Under the pieces are notes generated by a model. That model did no database searches. It worked only from the letters and a program-made list of their open reading frames with translations, and was not told where the DNA came from. Below are positions 1 to 9,475 of a stretch of 34,973 nucleotides of DNA, piece after piece (the stretch's first letter is position 1; every line of letters begins with the position of its first letter). The position numbers were made by a program, and so were the translations under genes. Source of the DNA: Sphingobacteriales bacterium (lineage in GTDB: Bacteria; Bacteroidota; Bacteroidia; Chitinophagales; JAYVJZ01); the NCBI GenBank assembly GCA_043768865.1, contig JAYVJZ010000156.1, positions 1-34,973 of the forward strand. Reading direction: 5' to 3'.

Positions 1-3000
1 ATTACAGTATGCAAGTCGAGCAATGCTACTGTTAATGCAGCAGGCCCTGCGGGAACGTATTCGTGGAGTGGTCCTGCAGGTTTGGTTAGTTCGACAAGTG
101 TGCTGAGTGTTTTTCCAACGGCAACTTCTACCTATACAATGACTTGGACAAATGGAGTATGTTCAGCTACAGCCACGCAACTTGTGAATGTTCAAAACCC
201 ACCTGTGTTAAGTACAACTACAACTTACTCGTCGCTATGTGCCGGTACTCCAACTACGATAACAGCAAGCGGCGGTACAGGAGGTATCTACACTTGGTCG
301 CCTGGTGCAAGTCTTAATGTTACAAGTGGGGCAACCGTTATAGCCTCTCCTTCAGTTACAACTATATATACAGTTACTTGGTCAGATGGCATTTGTACAG
401 TTACACAAACACGAATCATAGCAGTGTCTGCACCTCCAATAGTCAATATATTGCCAAGTATGCCAATTATATGTGCAGGAGGAAATATTAGCTTGACTGC
501 AAGCGGAGCAACAGGAGGAACCTATACCTGGTCGCCTGCTGCAAGTTTAAATACAAATGTCGGGAGCACGGTCATTGCGAGTCCAACCATGAATACGAAT
601 TATACAGTTATTTGGACAAATAGCGCAGGATGTTCGGTAACGCAGACTATACTAGTAAGCATAGGAAGCAGCCCGCCATTAACTATCACACCAAGTGCAC
701 CGACTATTTGCGTTGGGACTTCTACTACGCTAACTGCGAGTGGAGCAACAGGTGGAACATATACATGGGCTCCTGCTATAGCTTTAAGTTCAACTACGGG
801 CGCTATTGTTACTGCGTCGCCAACCTCAACTACAACCTATACGGTCAATTGGACTAACGGAGCTTGTACTAGTACTAAGACAGTGCTAGTAACAGTGGGA
901 TCAGGTCCGGTATTAACAGTTAGCCCTAGTGCATCTACTATATGCCAAGGAGCGTCCACGCTACTATCAGTCGCAGGAGCTACAGGCGGAACTTATACTT
1001 GGTTGCCAGCATCAGGATTGAGTGCAACTTCGGGCACCAACGTTATTGCATCACCAACTACGACTACCGTTTATACTGTTAATTGGAGCAACGGAACAGG
1101 TTGTGTAGGCACTACAACTGTAACTGTAACTGTACTTCCTGTTCCAGCATTTACCATCAGCCCAAGCGCACCAACTATCTGTCCTAGCGGATCTCAAACG
1201 CTAACAGTAGCAGGGGGTTCACCGGGTACTTATACCTGGTTGCCTACAGCAGGCTTAAATACCGCAACGGGAACTAGCGTTTTGGCTAGTCCTGCGGTTA
1301 CAACTAGCTATACAGTAACATGGACGGGAGCAAGTGGTTGTACTTATTCAAAATCTGTAACTGTCAATGTACAATTGCCTCCTATAAGTCCGATTAATTT
1401 AATAGCTACCGATTATACCCTTTGTGAAGGTCAAAATCTAACAATCGATGTTACAGACGACCCAACTACAAGAAATTATGATTTGTATATTTCAACACCA
1501 TTGGTTTGCTCTCCTCCTTGTTTAAGTACTTTGATTTCTTACTTAGCTACTGGCAACACATTTTCATTTCCAGCATCAATCGGTATTACCACGTATGCCG
1601 TAGTGTATAATTATGGAGCAGGTTGTCAAGTACAAAGTAATGATATAACAATCAACGTAACCGATGTGCCAGTAGTAACGGCAATGCCTAATTCATTTAC
1701 TGTTTGTACAGGAACAACGACTACTTTGACGGCGTCGGGCGCAACATTCGGTGCTTATACATGGGCTCCCTCTTCTGGTTTGATTGGCACAGCGGGAGCT
1801 ACCGTTATTGCTAATCCAACTGCTACTACCACTTATACTGTAACATGGACTGGTGGAAATGGCTGTACTAGACAAGCTACCACCACAGTTACTGTCATAC
1901 CAAATCCTATTATTGCGATTACAAAAGTAGGGTTTGAGTTGTGTGCAGGCACTAGCCAAAGCAATACATTAACTGCGTCGGGTGGAACGGGGGGTATTTA
2001 TAATTGGAGTCCGAGTGCGGGTTTGAATACCACAACAGGAGCAACAGTGATAGCCACTCCAAGTTCAACTACCGTTTATACAGTAACTTGGTCAAACACT
2101 TCGGGCTGTGTATCTACTTCTACCTCAACGGTTACAGTGGTGCCTAACCCTACTTTGATCATCAATAATCCTAATCCTACCTTGTGTGCTGGCAACACCG
2201 GTACATTAACAGCTTCAGGAATGTCGGGCGGCGCCTACACTTGGTTGCCGGGTGGGTTTACAGGACCTACGCTCACAGTAGCTCCAACAGCAACTACCAC
2301 TTATACAGCCTCTTGGGCGCCAGTATATACTACTCCGCCAGGTTGTAGTTGCCCTACGATTGTAAATCCTGTGAAAGGTACAAGTGGAGCGTATTACACA
2401 AATAGTTGTTTTGCTACTTGTGCTGGCGATGCTGCTGTGAGCAATATTTGTTTCCCTACTAATACTACATCGACTATTACAATAACTGCGAATCCTATAT
2501 TAGTGATTGCGCCTTTATCACCCTCGGTATGTTTAGGTGGTTCAATTGAATTGACAGTAAGTGGAGCAGCAGGCGGCACGTATTCTTGGACGCCTAGTGC
2601 ATCGTTGAATACCACAACTGGGACGACAGTAACGGCGACGCCAACTTCGGCTACCACATATACTGTTACATGGAACAATGGACTTGGTTGCATCAGCACA
2701 CAAACTATTTTAGTTGGGGTGTTTGCTCCACCAGCCATTACTATAACACCATCGAGTGGTACTATATGTGCCGCCGGTGAGACTATACTGCTAACCGCAT
2801 CGGGCGGAGCAGGGGGCACTTACACATGGGCGCCAAGTGCAGGCTTGACGGGCAGTCCAGGCAATAGTGTTATAGTTAGTCCAAGTGCGACTACTGTTTA
2901 TACGGTTACTTGGTCTAATGGTGTATGTTCATCTACTTCTACAGTACTTATAAATGTATCAAGCACCTTGTTATTTGATTTGACTCCTGATTTAATATGT

Positions 3001-5070
3001 TCAGGAGAAATTATCACAAAAACAGTAACGCCTAATGTTGGTTCGTTCTCATGGGTAGGCCCAACGGGGATAATTAGCAGCAGCAGCACGTTAATCGTTA
3101 GCCCTACAGTTACTACTACTTATACATTAAACTGGAACGAAGGCAGTTGCAACTCATCACAACAATATACAGTCAATGTTCAAACACCTCCTTTGGTTTC
3201 TATAGTGCCAAACAGTGCTTCTATCTGTTCGGGTGAGAGCAGTGGGCTGGTAGCTAATGGAGCTACTGGCGGTACCTATACGTGGGTGCCAAGTGCTACA
3301 TTAAGCTCTAGCTCAGGGACTGCTGTCATTGCTACACCTATATCAACCACTACCTATACTGTAGATTGGACAGATGGGGTATGTGCAGCCTCAGCGAGCA
3401 CAACTATTGCAGTTACCAGTTCGCCACTATTAACTATTGCTACATCTAGCTCCTCAATATGCTTAGGCGAAAATGCTGTACTAGAAGTAAGCGGTGCGTC
3501 GGGTGGCATATATACTTGGTCTCCGTCAGCAACTTTGAATGCTACCTCAGGAACTACCGTAACGGCTTCACCAACCATAACTACAACATACACTGTCAAT
3601 TGGAGCAATGGATTGGGTTGCATTAGCATAAAAACCATAACTATAGCGGTTGGTACAGCCAACGTGTTGTCTGCCACACCGTCGAGTGCTACAATATGCG
3701 TAAGCGAATCAACTACCCTGACTGTAAGCGGGGGCATAGGAGGCACCTACACGTGGTTGCCTAGTAGCAGTTTGAGTGCACCTAATGGTGCGAGTGTCGT
3801 TGCGACTCCAACAGCCACAACTACATATACAGTTGTTTGGACGAATAGCACAGGATGTTCTGCTCAAATAGAAATACCTGTAACCGTTGCAACCTCACCA
3901 AGCATTAGCGTTTCGCCTATATCACCTACTATTTGCAATGGAGCATCAGTTGCACTATCGGTTAGTGGTGCTACAGGAGGTAGTTATACATGGCTGCCAA
4001 ATGTAGGTTTAAATACCACTTCAGGCAGTTCAGTGATTGCCAATCCATCAGTTACTACTACATACACTGTCAATTGGTCAAACACAGCAGGCTGTGCAGC
4101 TACGACTACCGTAACTGTAAATATTGGTTTAGCTGAACCACTATTGATAACACCTACTAACCCACAAATATGTGTAGGAGGTAGCACAACATTAATAGCA
4201 AGCGGTCCAACAGGAGGCTCGTACAGTTGGGCACCTGTGGCAGGGCTATCAAGTGCTACTTCTAATTTTGTCATTGCTTCGCCATTGGTTACAACTATAT
4301 ACACAGTAACATGGACGAATGGAATCGGTTGCTCGGTTACTAATGTGGTAGCGGTAGAAGTGGTAACAACGCCTACTCTTGTCATAACACCTTCAGCACC
4401 CATTATATGCGACGGAGGTGCAATAGTATTGAATACAACCGGACCTGCGACAGGCAGTTATACGTGGTTGCCAACGGCAGGTTTAATCAACAATAACAGT
4501 GCGTCTATAGTTGCCGCACCAATGGTTACAACTACCTACACTGTCAATTATACCAATGGTTTAGGCTGCAACGCAAGCCAAGCTGTAACAGTAACTGTTG
4601 GCTCTCCAACTATTGGTATTGTTTCTACTGCAACTACTATCTGCACAGGTGGTAATACTACATTGTCTGCAAGTGGCCCCACTGATGGGTTGTATAGTTG
4701 GTCGCCAGCTATTGGGCTTTCAGCATCAACTGGAACTACAGTAATAGCGAACCCAAGCATTACTACAAATTATACAGTTACATACACCAACACGGTAGGT
4801 TGTTATGCAACAGCATCTGTTTTGATAACGGTAACTCCAACTCTAATAAATGCAACTACCAACAAGTATAGCATCTGCTTAGGTTCATCGGCTGCATTGG
4901 CAGTAGGCGGAGCTACAGGAGGCACTTACACGTGGTCGCCGGCTACGGGGCTATCTACAACTACTGGTGCCAACGTAACTGCATCGCCACTAGTAAACAC
5001 AACATATACCGTTACGTGGAGCAATGGCATTTGTACTTCGACAGATACCATTAACATAATCGCAAACGAT
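1..5070 (+). repeat. Intragenic array of ~21 diverged Ig-like repeats, period ~235-240 bp
   Basis: A G[TIAS]Y[TSN]W motif recurs at roughly 55, 285, 520, 755, 990, 1225, 1750, 1995, 2230, 2575, 2815, 3040, 3270, 3505, 3740, 3980, 4215, 4455, 4690 and 4920. One atypical unit lies at ~1420-1660. Copies are diverged at DNA level. Confidence 0.88.
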
Positions 5071-8000
5071 TGTGGAGGTGCATTGAGCCTGAGCGTTACC
5101 GATCCATGTTTTTGTTTGAACAATGCTGACGACAACTTAGGCAACAACGGACAGTTTGGAGCTGTGGTATATATCAATGGTGGTGTTGGGCCCTATACGC
5201 TCAACTTCAGTAGCAATGCATTTGCTTATAATAGCAATAATACTATAAATGTTTCAGCAGATATAGCTAGCCTAGCAGCAAACCCATCAGGCACAACAGC
5301 GGTTACTATTAAATTTAATTCAGGCAGTACTTATAATGTGATAATTACAGACGCTACTGGCGCAACGCTCACAAGTGAATTGTTTGGAGGATGCACCTAC
5401 CCGACTTTGAACCTTGGCAATGATAAAAACGCCTGCGAGGGAACATCGGTGGCTTTGATACCAGTAGTTACAGGAGTGCCTCTATCCTACAATTGGTCTA
5501 CCGGGGCAGTATCAAGCAATATCAATGTTACGGCTAATCCTGTGGGATCATCATCAAGCTATGGCGTTACTATCAGCGATGCGAATGGTTGTGCTATGAA
5601 TGATAATATCCTTATAACTGGTATAAATTGTAATATAGCTTGTCAAGACACGTTTTATTCTTGCTCTAATCCTTTTCCAGCAACAGGTGCAGTACTTTGT
5701 GTGCCTGCTTGTCAGTTGCCATTAGGCTATACCATCGTTAATGCCACTTCGGTATTCAACTGTACACTAGGATTTCCTACTCCTGAATGTGTTTCTTACA
5801 CTCCGTTGCCGGGTATGCCGCTTGGCTATGTAGATGAGGTTGCTATAATCATTTGTAATGGAGCAGGCATTTGCCATGAGGTGATTTATTTTGTAACAAT
5901 TGGGTGCACAGTAGATACAGAGCATGCTCCGATGTGGGTGAATCCAATTACCAACGCATCAATAGACCAACAAACTATTGCAAGCACCTACAACAATTGC
6001 ATTACTATACCGATAAAGGCAATGGATATAGACAGTGGAGACGTAATTACATATTCGATAACACAACCTGCAGACGGTAGTGCATGGTACAATGCTAATC
6101 ACACAGCTATTATCTATTGCCCTGCGATGAATGCGTGTGGCATGGATACTATATTGCTTACGGCAACCGATTTGTTGGCCCCAATAGAAAGCGATGTATT
6201 AACATTAATAATAAACACACCTTGCCCACCCGAGGCATGCAATGACACCCTAACGTACTGTATGGGAGTGTTTCCAGCAGAGCTATTAGTATGCCCTGAG
6301 TTTTGCGAATTTATACCAGTAACCATAGAAGCACTTCCAACGTTTGAATGCAGTATAGATTATCTTCCAACAGGTTGTTTCATCTACAGTCCGTTGCCGG
6401 GTATTACTAATTATAATGACACTATAGAAGTGATAGGCATCAATGCAGCAGGGTTAAAAGACACTACTTATGTGATTGTTACCGTGAGCAATACACCCTG
6501 TCCGTTGGCACCCAATGCAGTAGCAGACAACGCAACTATGACACCCGGAGGCACGGTTACGATACCTGTACTCGCTAACGACACGTATGGAGCTGCAACG
6601 GTAACTATAGTACCCGGAACGGGACCTGCTCATGGGTATGTGATAGTGAACCCGAATGGCAGCGTAACTTACGTTTCAACAGATCCTACTTACATAGGTG
6701 TCGATTGTTTTGATTATCAACTATGCGACGCAGTAGGTTGCGATATTGCAACTGCCTGCGTAACCACTACTCCATTAGTAGTTAATGCAGCCCCTGTGGC
6801 AGTCAATGATTTGTATAGCGGAAGCGAAGGGTTGCCAATTATAATTACACCTACGCTAAACGACAGCGACCCGAACGGCGATGTATTGACTTATACCGTT
6901 ATCAACGCTCCTAATCACGGAACGTTAGTTGGTAGTACTTACAACCCTGGAACTTATGTAGGGGTGGATTCTATACAATATCAGATATGCGACCCGGCTG
7001 GACTTTGCGATAGTGCATGGGTAATAATTACTATTATAGAAAATCAACCTCCTGTGATTATAGATACCCTCTTAGGCAATCCTATTAACAACATTATTAC
7101 AACAATAACAGAAGACAGTACGTATGTGATTTGTAACATAGGTGCAACAGATGCTGAGCTTGACGTGGTTGATTTTAACATAGATGCACCCGCTAACGGA
7201 ACATTCATACAAAACCCTGCTACCGGATGTTGGACCTACACGCCCAACCCTAATTGGAACGGCACAGATACAGTATTAATAATAGCTTGCGACCCACTTA
7301 ACAACTGTGATACACTACAGATAGTTATCATAGTAACCCCAATAGATGACCCTGTAGTGGCTAATTTTGACGAGGCTAGTGTGCCATACAACACAACTAC
7401 AAGTTTCAATATAATCAGCAACGATAGCGCAGTGGACGGCCCCATATTGCCCGCTTACATATCAATAGTCGATAGCACTACCAACGGTGTAATCTTTATT
7501 GACCCTATCACAGGGGTAGTATCATACACACCAAATAACAACTTCAGCGGAGCAGACTCTTTCGTATATAGCATTTGTATCACCCCAGCCAATTGCGACA
7601 CGGCCATCGTTTACATAAACGTTGGGCAAAATCCTAATCCTGTCAATGTAGTTGCGGTACAAAATAGCGATACTACCAACACCGTAACCAATATTAATAT
7701 TACTGTTTTGGCAAATGATACGATTACAGCCAATACCGTTATTACCACCTTCACGCAGCCAACCAATGGCATAATTACGCTAAGCAATGGTGTGTTTACT
7801 TATGTACCTTACAGCGCAGGGTTAGATAGTTTTCAATATACTATTTGCGATACCGTTGCCGATGTATGCTCTACTACTTGGGTGTATGTGTTGGTTGAGC
7901 CGGCAGAAGATGTAATCATATACCAAGGCATAACGCCCGGCAAAGATGGAATCAATGATGAATTTATAATAATAGGCATCGATAAATATCCAAATAATCA

Positions 8001-8196
8001 ATTGATGATATTTAACCGTTGGGGAGATAAAGTGTACTCCAAAGACAGTTATACAAACAACGACCCGTGGAGAGGCGATTGGTTTGACACTGGCAAAACG
8101 CTCCCTGATGGCACGTATTATTATATGTTGTACCTCGACAGAAACGACAAATCAAAAACACCGAAAAGTGGATTTGTTGTTATACACCGAGATTAA
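1..8196 (+). CDS. Giant secreted surface protein/adhesin with T9SS type-B (gliding motility-associated) C-terminal domain; 5' end lies outside the window
   Basis: Frame 1 is open from base 1 (ITVCKSSNATV...), so the ORF-track start at 82 is not the true start. About 21 Ig/PKD-like units of ~79 aa (CxG..L.ASG..GGTYTW.P...TTTYTVTW...C) run to ~5070. Cys-rich domains follow, then cadherin/Big_9-like repeats (APNAVAD, APVAVND, DSFQYTICD) and the C-terminal ITPGKDGINDEF...IFNRWG...LPDGTYYY...GFVVIHR. Confidence 0.92.
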   Translation: MTVCKSSNATVNAAGPAGTYSWSGPAGLVSSTSVLSVFPTATSTYTMTWTNGVCSATATQLVNVQNPPVLSTTTTYSSLCAGTPTTITASGGTGGIYTWSPGASLNVTSGATVIASPSVTTIYTVTWSDGICTVTQTRIIAVSAPPIVNILPSMPIICAGGNISLTASGATGGTYTWSPAASLNTNVGSTVIASPTMNTNYTVIWTNSAGCSVTQTILVSIGSSPPLTITPSAPTICVGTSTTLTASGATGGTYTWAPAIALSSTTGAIVTASPTSTTTYTVNWTNGACTSTKTVLVTVGSGPVLTVSPSASTICQGASTLLSVAGATGGTYTWLPASGLSATSGTNVIASPTTTTVYTVNWSNGTGCVGTTTVTVTVLPVPAFTISPSAPTICPSGSQTLTVAGGSPGTYTWLPTAGLNTATGTSVLASPAVTTSYTVTWTGASGCTYSKSVTVNVQLPPISPINLIATDYTLCEGQNLTIDVTDDPTTRNYDLYISTPLVCSPPCLSTLISYLATGNTFSFPASIGITTYAVVYNYGAGCQVQSNDITINVTDVPVVTAMPNSFTVCTGTTTTLTASGATFGAYTWAPSSGLIGTAGATVIANPTATTTYTVTWTGGNGCTRQATTTVTVIPNPIIAITKVGFELCAGTSQSNTLTASGGTGGIYNWSPSAGLNTTTGATVIATPSSTTVYTVTWSNTSGCVSTSTSTVTVVPNPTLIINNPNPTLCAGNTGTLTASGMSGGAYTWLPGGFTGPTLTVAPTATTTYTASWAPVYTTPPGCSCPTIVNPVKGTSGAYYTNSCFATCAGDAAVSNICFPTNTTSTITITANPILVIAPLSPSVCLGGSIELTVSGAAGGTYSWTPSASLNTTTGTTVTATPTSATTYTVTWNNGLGCISTQTILVGVFAPPAITITPSSGTICAAGETILLTASGGAGGTYTWAPSAGLTGSPGNSVIVSPSATTVYTVTWSNGVCSSTSTVLINVSSTLLFDLTPDLICSGEIITKTVTPNVGSFSWVGPTGIISSSSTLIVSPTVTTTYTLNWNEGSCNSSQQYTVNVQTPPLVSIVPNSASICSGESSGLVANGATGGTYTWVPSATLSSSSGTAVIATPISTTTYTVDWTDGVCAASASTTIAVTSSPLLTIATSSSSICLGENAVLEVSGASGGIYTWSPSATLNATSGTTVTASPTITTTYTVNWSNGLGCISIKTITIAVGTANVLSATPSSATICVSESTTLTVSGGIGGTYTWLPSSSLSAPNGASVVATPTATTTYTVVWTNSTGCSAQIEIPVTVATSPSISVSPISPTICNGASVALSVSGATGGSYTWLPNVGLNTTSGSSVIANPSVTTTYTVNWSNTAGCAATTTVTVNIGLAEPLLITPTNPQICVGGSTTLIASGPTGGSYSWAPVAGLSSATSNFVIASPLVTTIYTVTWTNGIGCSVTNVVAVEVVTTPTLVITPSAPIICDGGAIVLNTTGPATGSYTWLPTAGLINNNSASIVAAPMVTTTYTVNYTNGLGCNASQAVTVTVGSPTIGIVSTATTICTGGNTTLSASGPTDGLYSWSPAIGLSASTGTTVIANPSITTNYTVTYTNTVGCYATASVLITVTPTLINATTNKYSICLGSSAALAVGGATGGTYTWSPATGLSTTTGANVTASPLVNTTYTVTWSNGICTSTDTINIIANDCGGALSLSVTDPCFCLNNADDNLGNNGQFGAVVYINGGVGPYTLNFSSNAFAYNSNNTINVSADIASLAANPSGTTAVTIKFNSGSTYNVIITDATGATLTSELFGGCTYPTLNLGNDKNACEGTSVALIPVVTGVPLSYNWSTGAVSSNINVTANPVGSSSSYGVTISDANGCAMNDNILITGINCNIACQDTFYSCSNPFPATGAVLCVPACQLPLGYTIVNATSVFNCTLGFPTPECVSYTPLPGMPLGYVDEVAIIICNGAGICHEVIYFVTIGCTVDTEHAPMWVNPITNASIDQQTIASTYNNCITIPIKAMDIDSGDVITYSITQPADGSAWYNANHTAIIYCPAMNACGMDTILLTATDLLAPIESDVLTLIINTPCPPEACNDTLTYCMGVFPAELLVCPEFCEFIPVTIEALPTFECSIDYLPTGCFIYSPLPGITNYNDTIEVIGINAAGLKDTTYVIVTVSNTPCPLAPNAVADNATMTPGGTVTIPVLANDTYGAATVTIVPGTGPAHGYVIVNPNGSVTYVSTDPTYIGVDCFDYQLCDAVGCDIATACVTTTPLVVNAAPVAVNDLYSGSEGLPIIITPTLNDSDPNGDVLTYTVINAPNHGTLVGSTYNPGTYVGVDSIQYQICDPAGLCDSAWVIITIIENQPPVIIDTLLGNPINNIITTITEDSTYVICNIGATDAELDVVDFNIDAPANGTFIQNPATGCWTYTPNPNWNGTDTVLIIACDPLNNCDTLQIVIIVTPIDDPVVANFDEASVPYNTTTSFNIISNDSAVDGPILPAYISIVDSTTNGVIFIDPITGVVSYTPNNNFSGADSFVYSICITPANCDTAIVYINVGQNPNPVNVVAVQNSDTTNTVTNINITVLANDTITANTVITTFTQPTNGIITLSNGVFTYVPYSAGLDSFQYTICDTVADVCSTTWVYVLVEPAEDVIIYQGITPGKDGINDEFIIIGIDKYPNNQLMIFNRWGDKVYSKDSYTNNDPWRGDWFDTGKTLPDGTYYYMLYLDRNDKSKTPKSGFVVIHRD

Positions 8197-8216
8197 CCAA
8201 CGCTTATAAACCTACC

Positions 8217-8257
8217 AAAGAGGATAGTAACAGATTAGTTATTATCCTCTTTTTTTT
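8217..8257 (+). terminator. Intrinsic terminator of the giant T9SS gene
   Basis: AAAGAGGATAGTAAC-AGATTA-GTTATTATCCTCTTT hairpin ending in a T run, 20 nt after the stop codon. Confidence 0.85.
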
Positions 8258-8274
8258 ATTCAATGCGCTAAAAG

Positions 8275-8282
8275 TATATTTG
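8275..8282 (+). promoter_or_regulatory. Bacteroidota -7 promoter element for hscB
   Basis: TATATTTG matches TAnnTTTG; it lies between the upstream terminator and the ATG at 8287. Confidence 0.65.
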
Positions 8283-8286
8283 CTTT

Positions 8287-8799
8287 ATGAATTATTTTGA
8301 ACTGTTAGACGTGCCATTGCAGTATAATATTGATCTGCCGCGGCTCAAAGAAAAGTATGTTGCCCTCAGCCGACAGCATCACCCTGATTATCATGGAAAC
8401 AAAAACCTAGATGAGCAGAACGATGCCACATCACAAAGTATAAAGATTAATGGAGCATACACAGTTTTGAAAAACAATGCAAAGCGGTTGAAATACTTAT
8501 TAGACCTACAGGAGGTGTTGATGGATATAGAAAAATACACACTACCGGGAGATTTTTTAATGGAGATGATGGATCTAAATGAAGAAATTGAGCAACTACA
8601 AATCAACAATAAATTGACCACTACCACTACGATAAACAACAAAGTAAACGAGCTTCAAAATGAACTAGAAAAAGTAGCGGCGCAAGTAGATTGGACGAAG
8701 TTAAAAGAAGCAGATGTTATAAATCTAAAAGAAAATTATTGTAAACTAAAATATATGTTGCGGATACAAGAAAGTTTAAATACCTTTGTGGCTCGTTGA
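8287..8799 (+). CDS. hscB: Fe-S protein assembly co-chaperone HscB (J-domain protein)
   Basis: N-terminal MNYFELL, J-domain HPD motif, INGAYTVLKN..KRLKYLL and the FLMEMMDLNE C-terminal helical motif; 170 aa. Confidence 0.85.
   Translation: MNYFELLDVPLQYNIDLPRLKEKYVALSRQHHPDYHGNKNLDEQNDATSQSIKINGAYTVLKNNAKRLKYLLDLQEVLMDIEKYTLPGDFLMEMMDLNEEIEQLQINNKLTTTTTINNKVNELQNELEKVAAQVDWTKLKEADVINLKENYCKLKYMLRIQESLNTFVAR
8758..8788 (+). promoter_or_regulatory. Promoter for tRNA-Leu, inside the 3' end of hscB
   Basis: TTG (8758-8760), a 20-nt spacer, then TACCTTTG (8781-8788), 25 nt before the tRNA. Confidence 0.65.
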
Positions 8800-8813
8800 T
8801 AAAAGCGAGTTAT

Positions 8814-8897
8814 GCCCGTGTGGCGGAATTGGTAGACGCGTTGGTCTCAAACACCAATGATCGTAAGGTCGTGCTGGTTCGATTCCAGTCGCGGGTA
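8814..8897 (+). tRNA. tRNA-Leu(CAA)
   Basis: Acceptor stem GCCCGTG/CGCGGGT, D arm TGGCGGAATTGGTAGACGC, anticodon arm TTGGT-CTCAAAC-ACCAA (CAA at 8848-8850), long variable arm, T arm GCTGG-TTCGATT-CCAGT, discriminator A. CCA is not encoded. Confidence 0.96.
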
Positions 8898-8900
8898 CAT

Positions 8901-8942
8901 AAAAAAAAGACAAAACATGTATAATGGTTTGTCTTTTTTTTA
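8901..8942 (+). terminator. Intrinsic terminator after tRNA-Leu, potentially bidirectional
   Basis: AAAAAAAAGACAAAACAT-GTATA-ATGGTTTGTCTTTTTTTT hairpin with flanking A and T runs. Confidence 0.8.
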
Positions 8943-9019
8943 TTTTAAAATAATTGTTGCTTTGTTGAATAACACTTAATTTATAAAGCAAATACGTCGC
9001 CTTTTTCAATAACTTAGTA

Positions 9020-9051
9020 TTTGGTTGCAAGCAACGGTTATAGTACTTTTG
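9020..9051 (+). promoter_or_regulatory. Consensus Bacteroidota promoter ~425 nt upstream of ffh
   Basis: TTTG (9020-9023), a 20-nt spacer, then TACTTTTG (9044-9051); a full -33/-7 match. Confidence 0.6.
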
Positions 9052-9475
9052 CGTGGTTTGAAGAATATAGCTAGTACATCACAAGTAGCACCTTGCTATC
9101 AAATAGAAGTGCAAAAAGGGTGATTAGCACATGTGTATAAACAATGGTGAATATAGACAGATAATGGATTATTTTGTACAAACAGAACTGATATTTTTTT
9201 TGTAAATAAAGAAATGGATTTTCTTTTGACAAAGCAGGGGTGAATCTATCAAGCCGTCCAAAGGAATTGTAATACAACTTGAGGCTATTGTTTGTATCTA
9301 ATCGAATCGTGAAAATGAAATTTGATGTAGCTATTTAAAATGCTATAAGCTACATTGGATAGAGGTTTTATTAAAACGAAAGCGATATGAAAGAAGGCAA
9401 GATAAGATAAAAAAATAGTAGAAATAAAATTTAAAGTACAGTATAACGACATTAAAATAAGCTACAATAAACCTT

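Noticed and set aside
630-7445. Many short ORFs antisense to or overlapping the giant gene
   Set aside because: Shadow frames of Thr/Val/Gly-rich repeats, with no independent motifs.
8814-9475. tRNA-Leu as an integration site for a genomic island
   Set aside because: No integrase and no duplicated tRNA 3' end were seen; a housekeeping gene follows.
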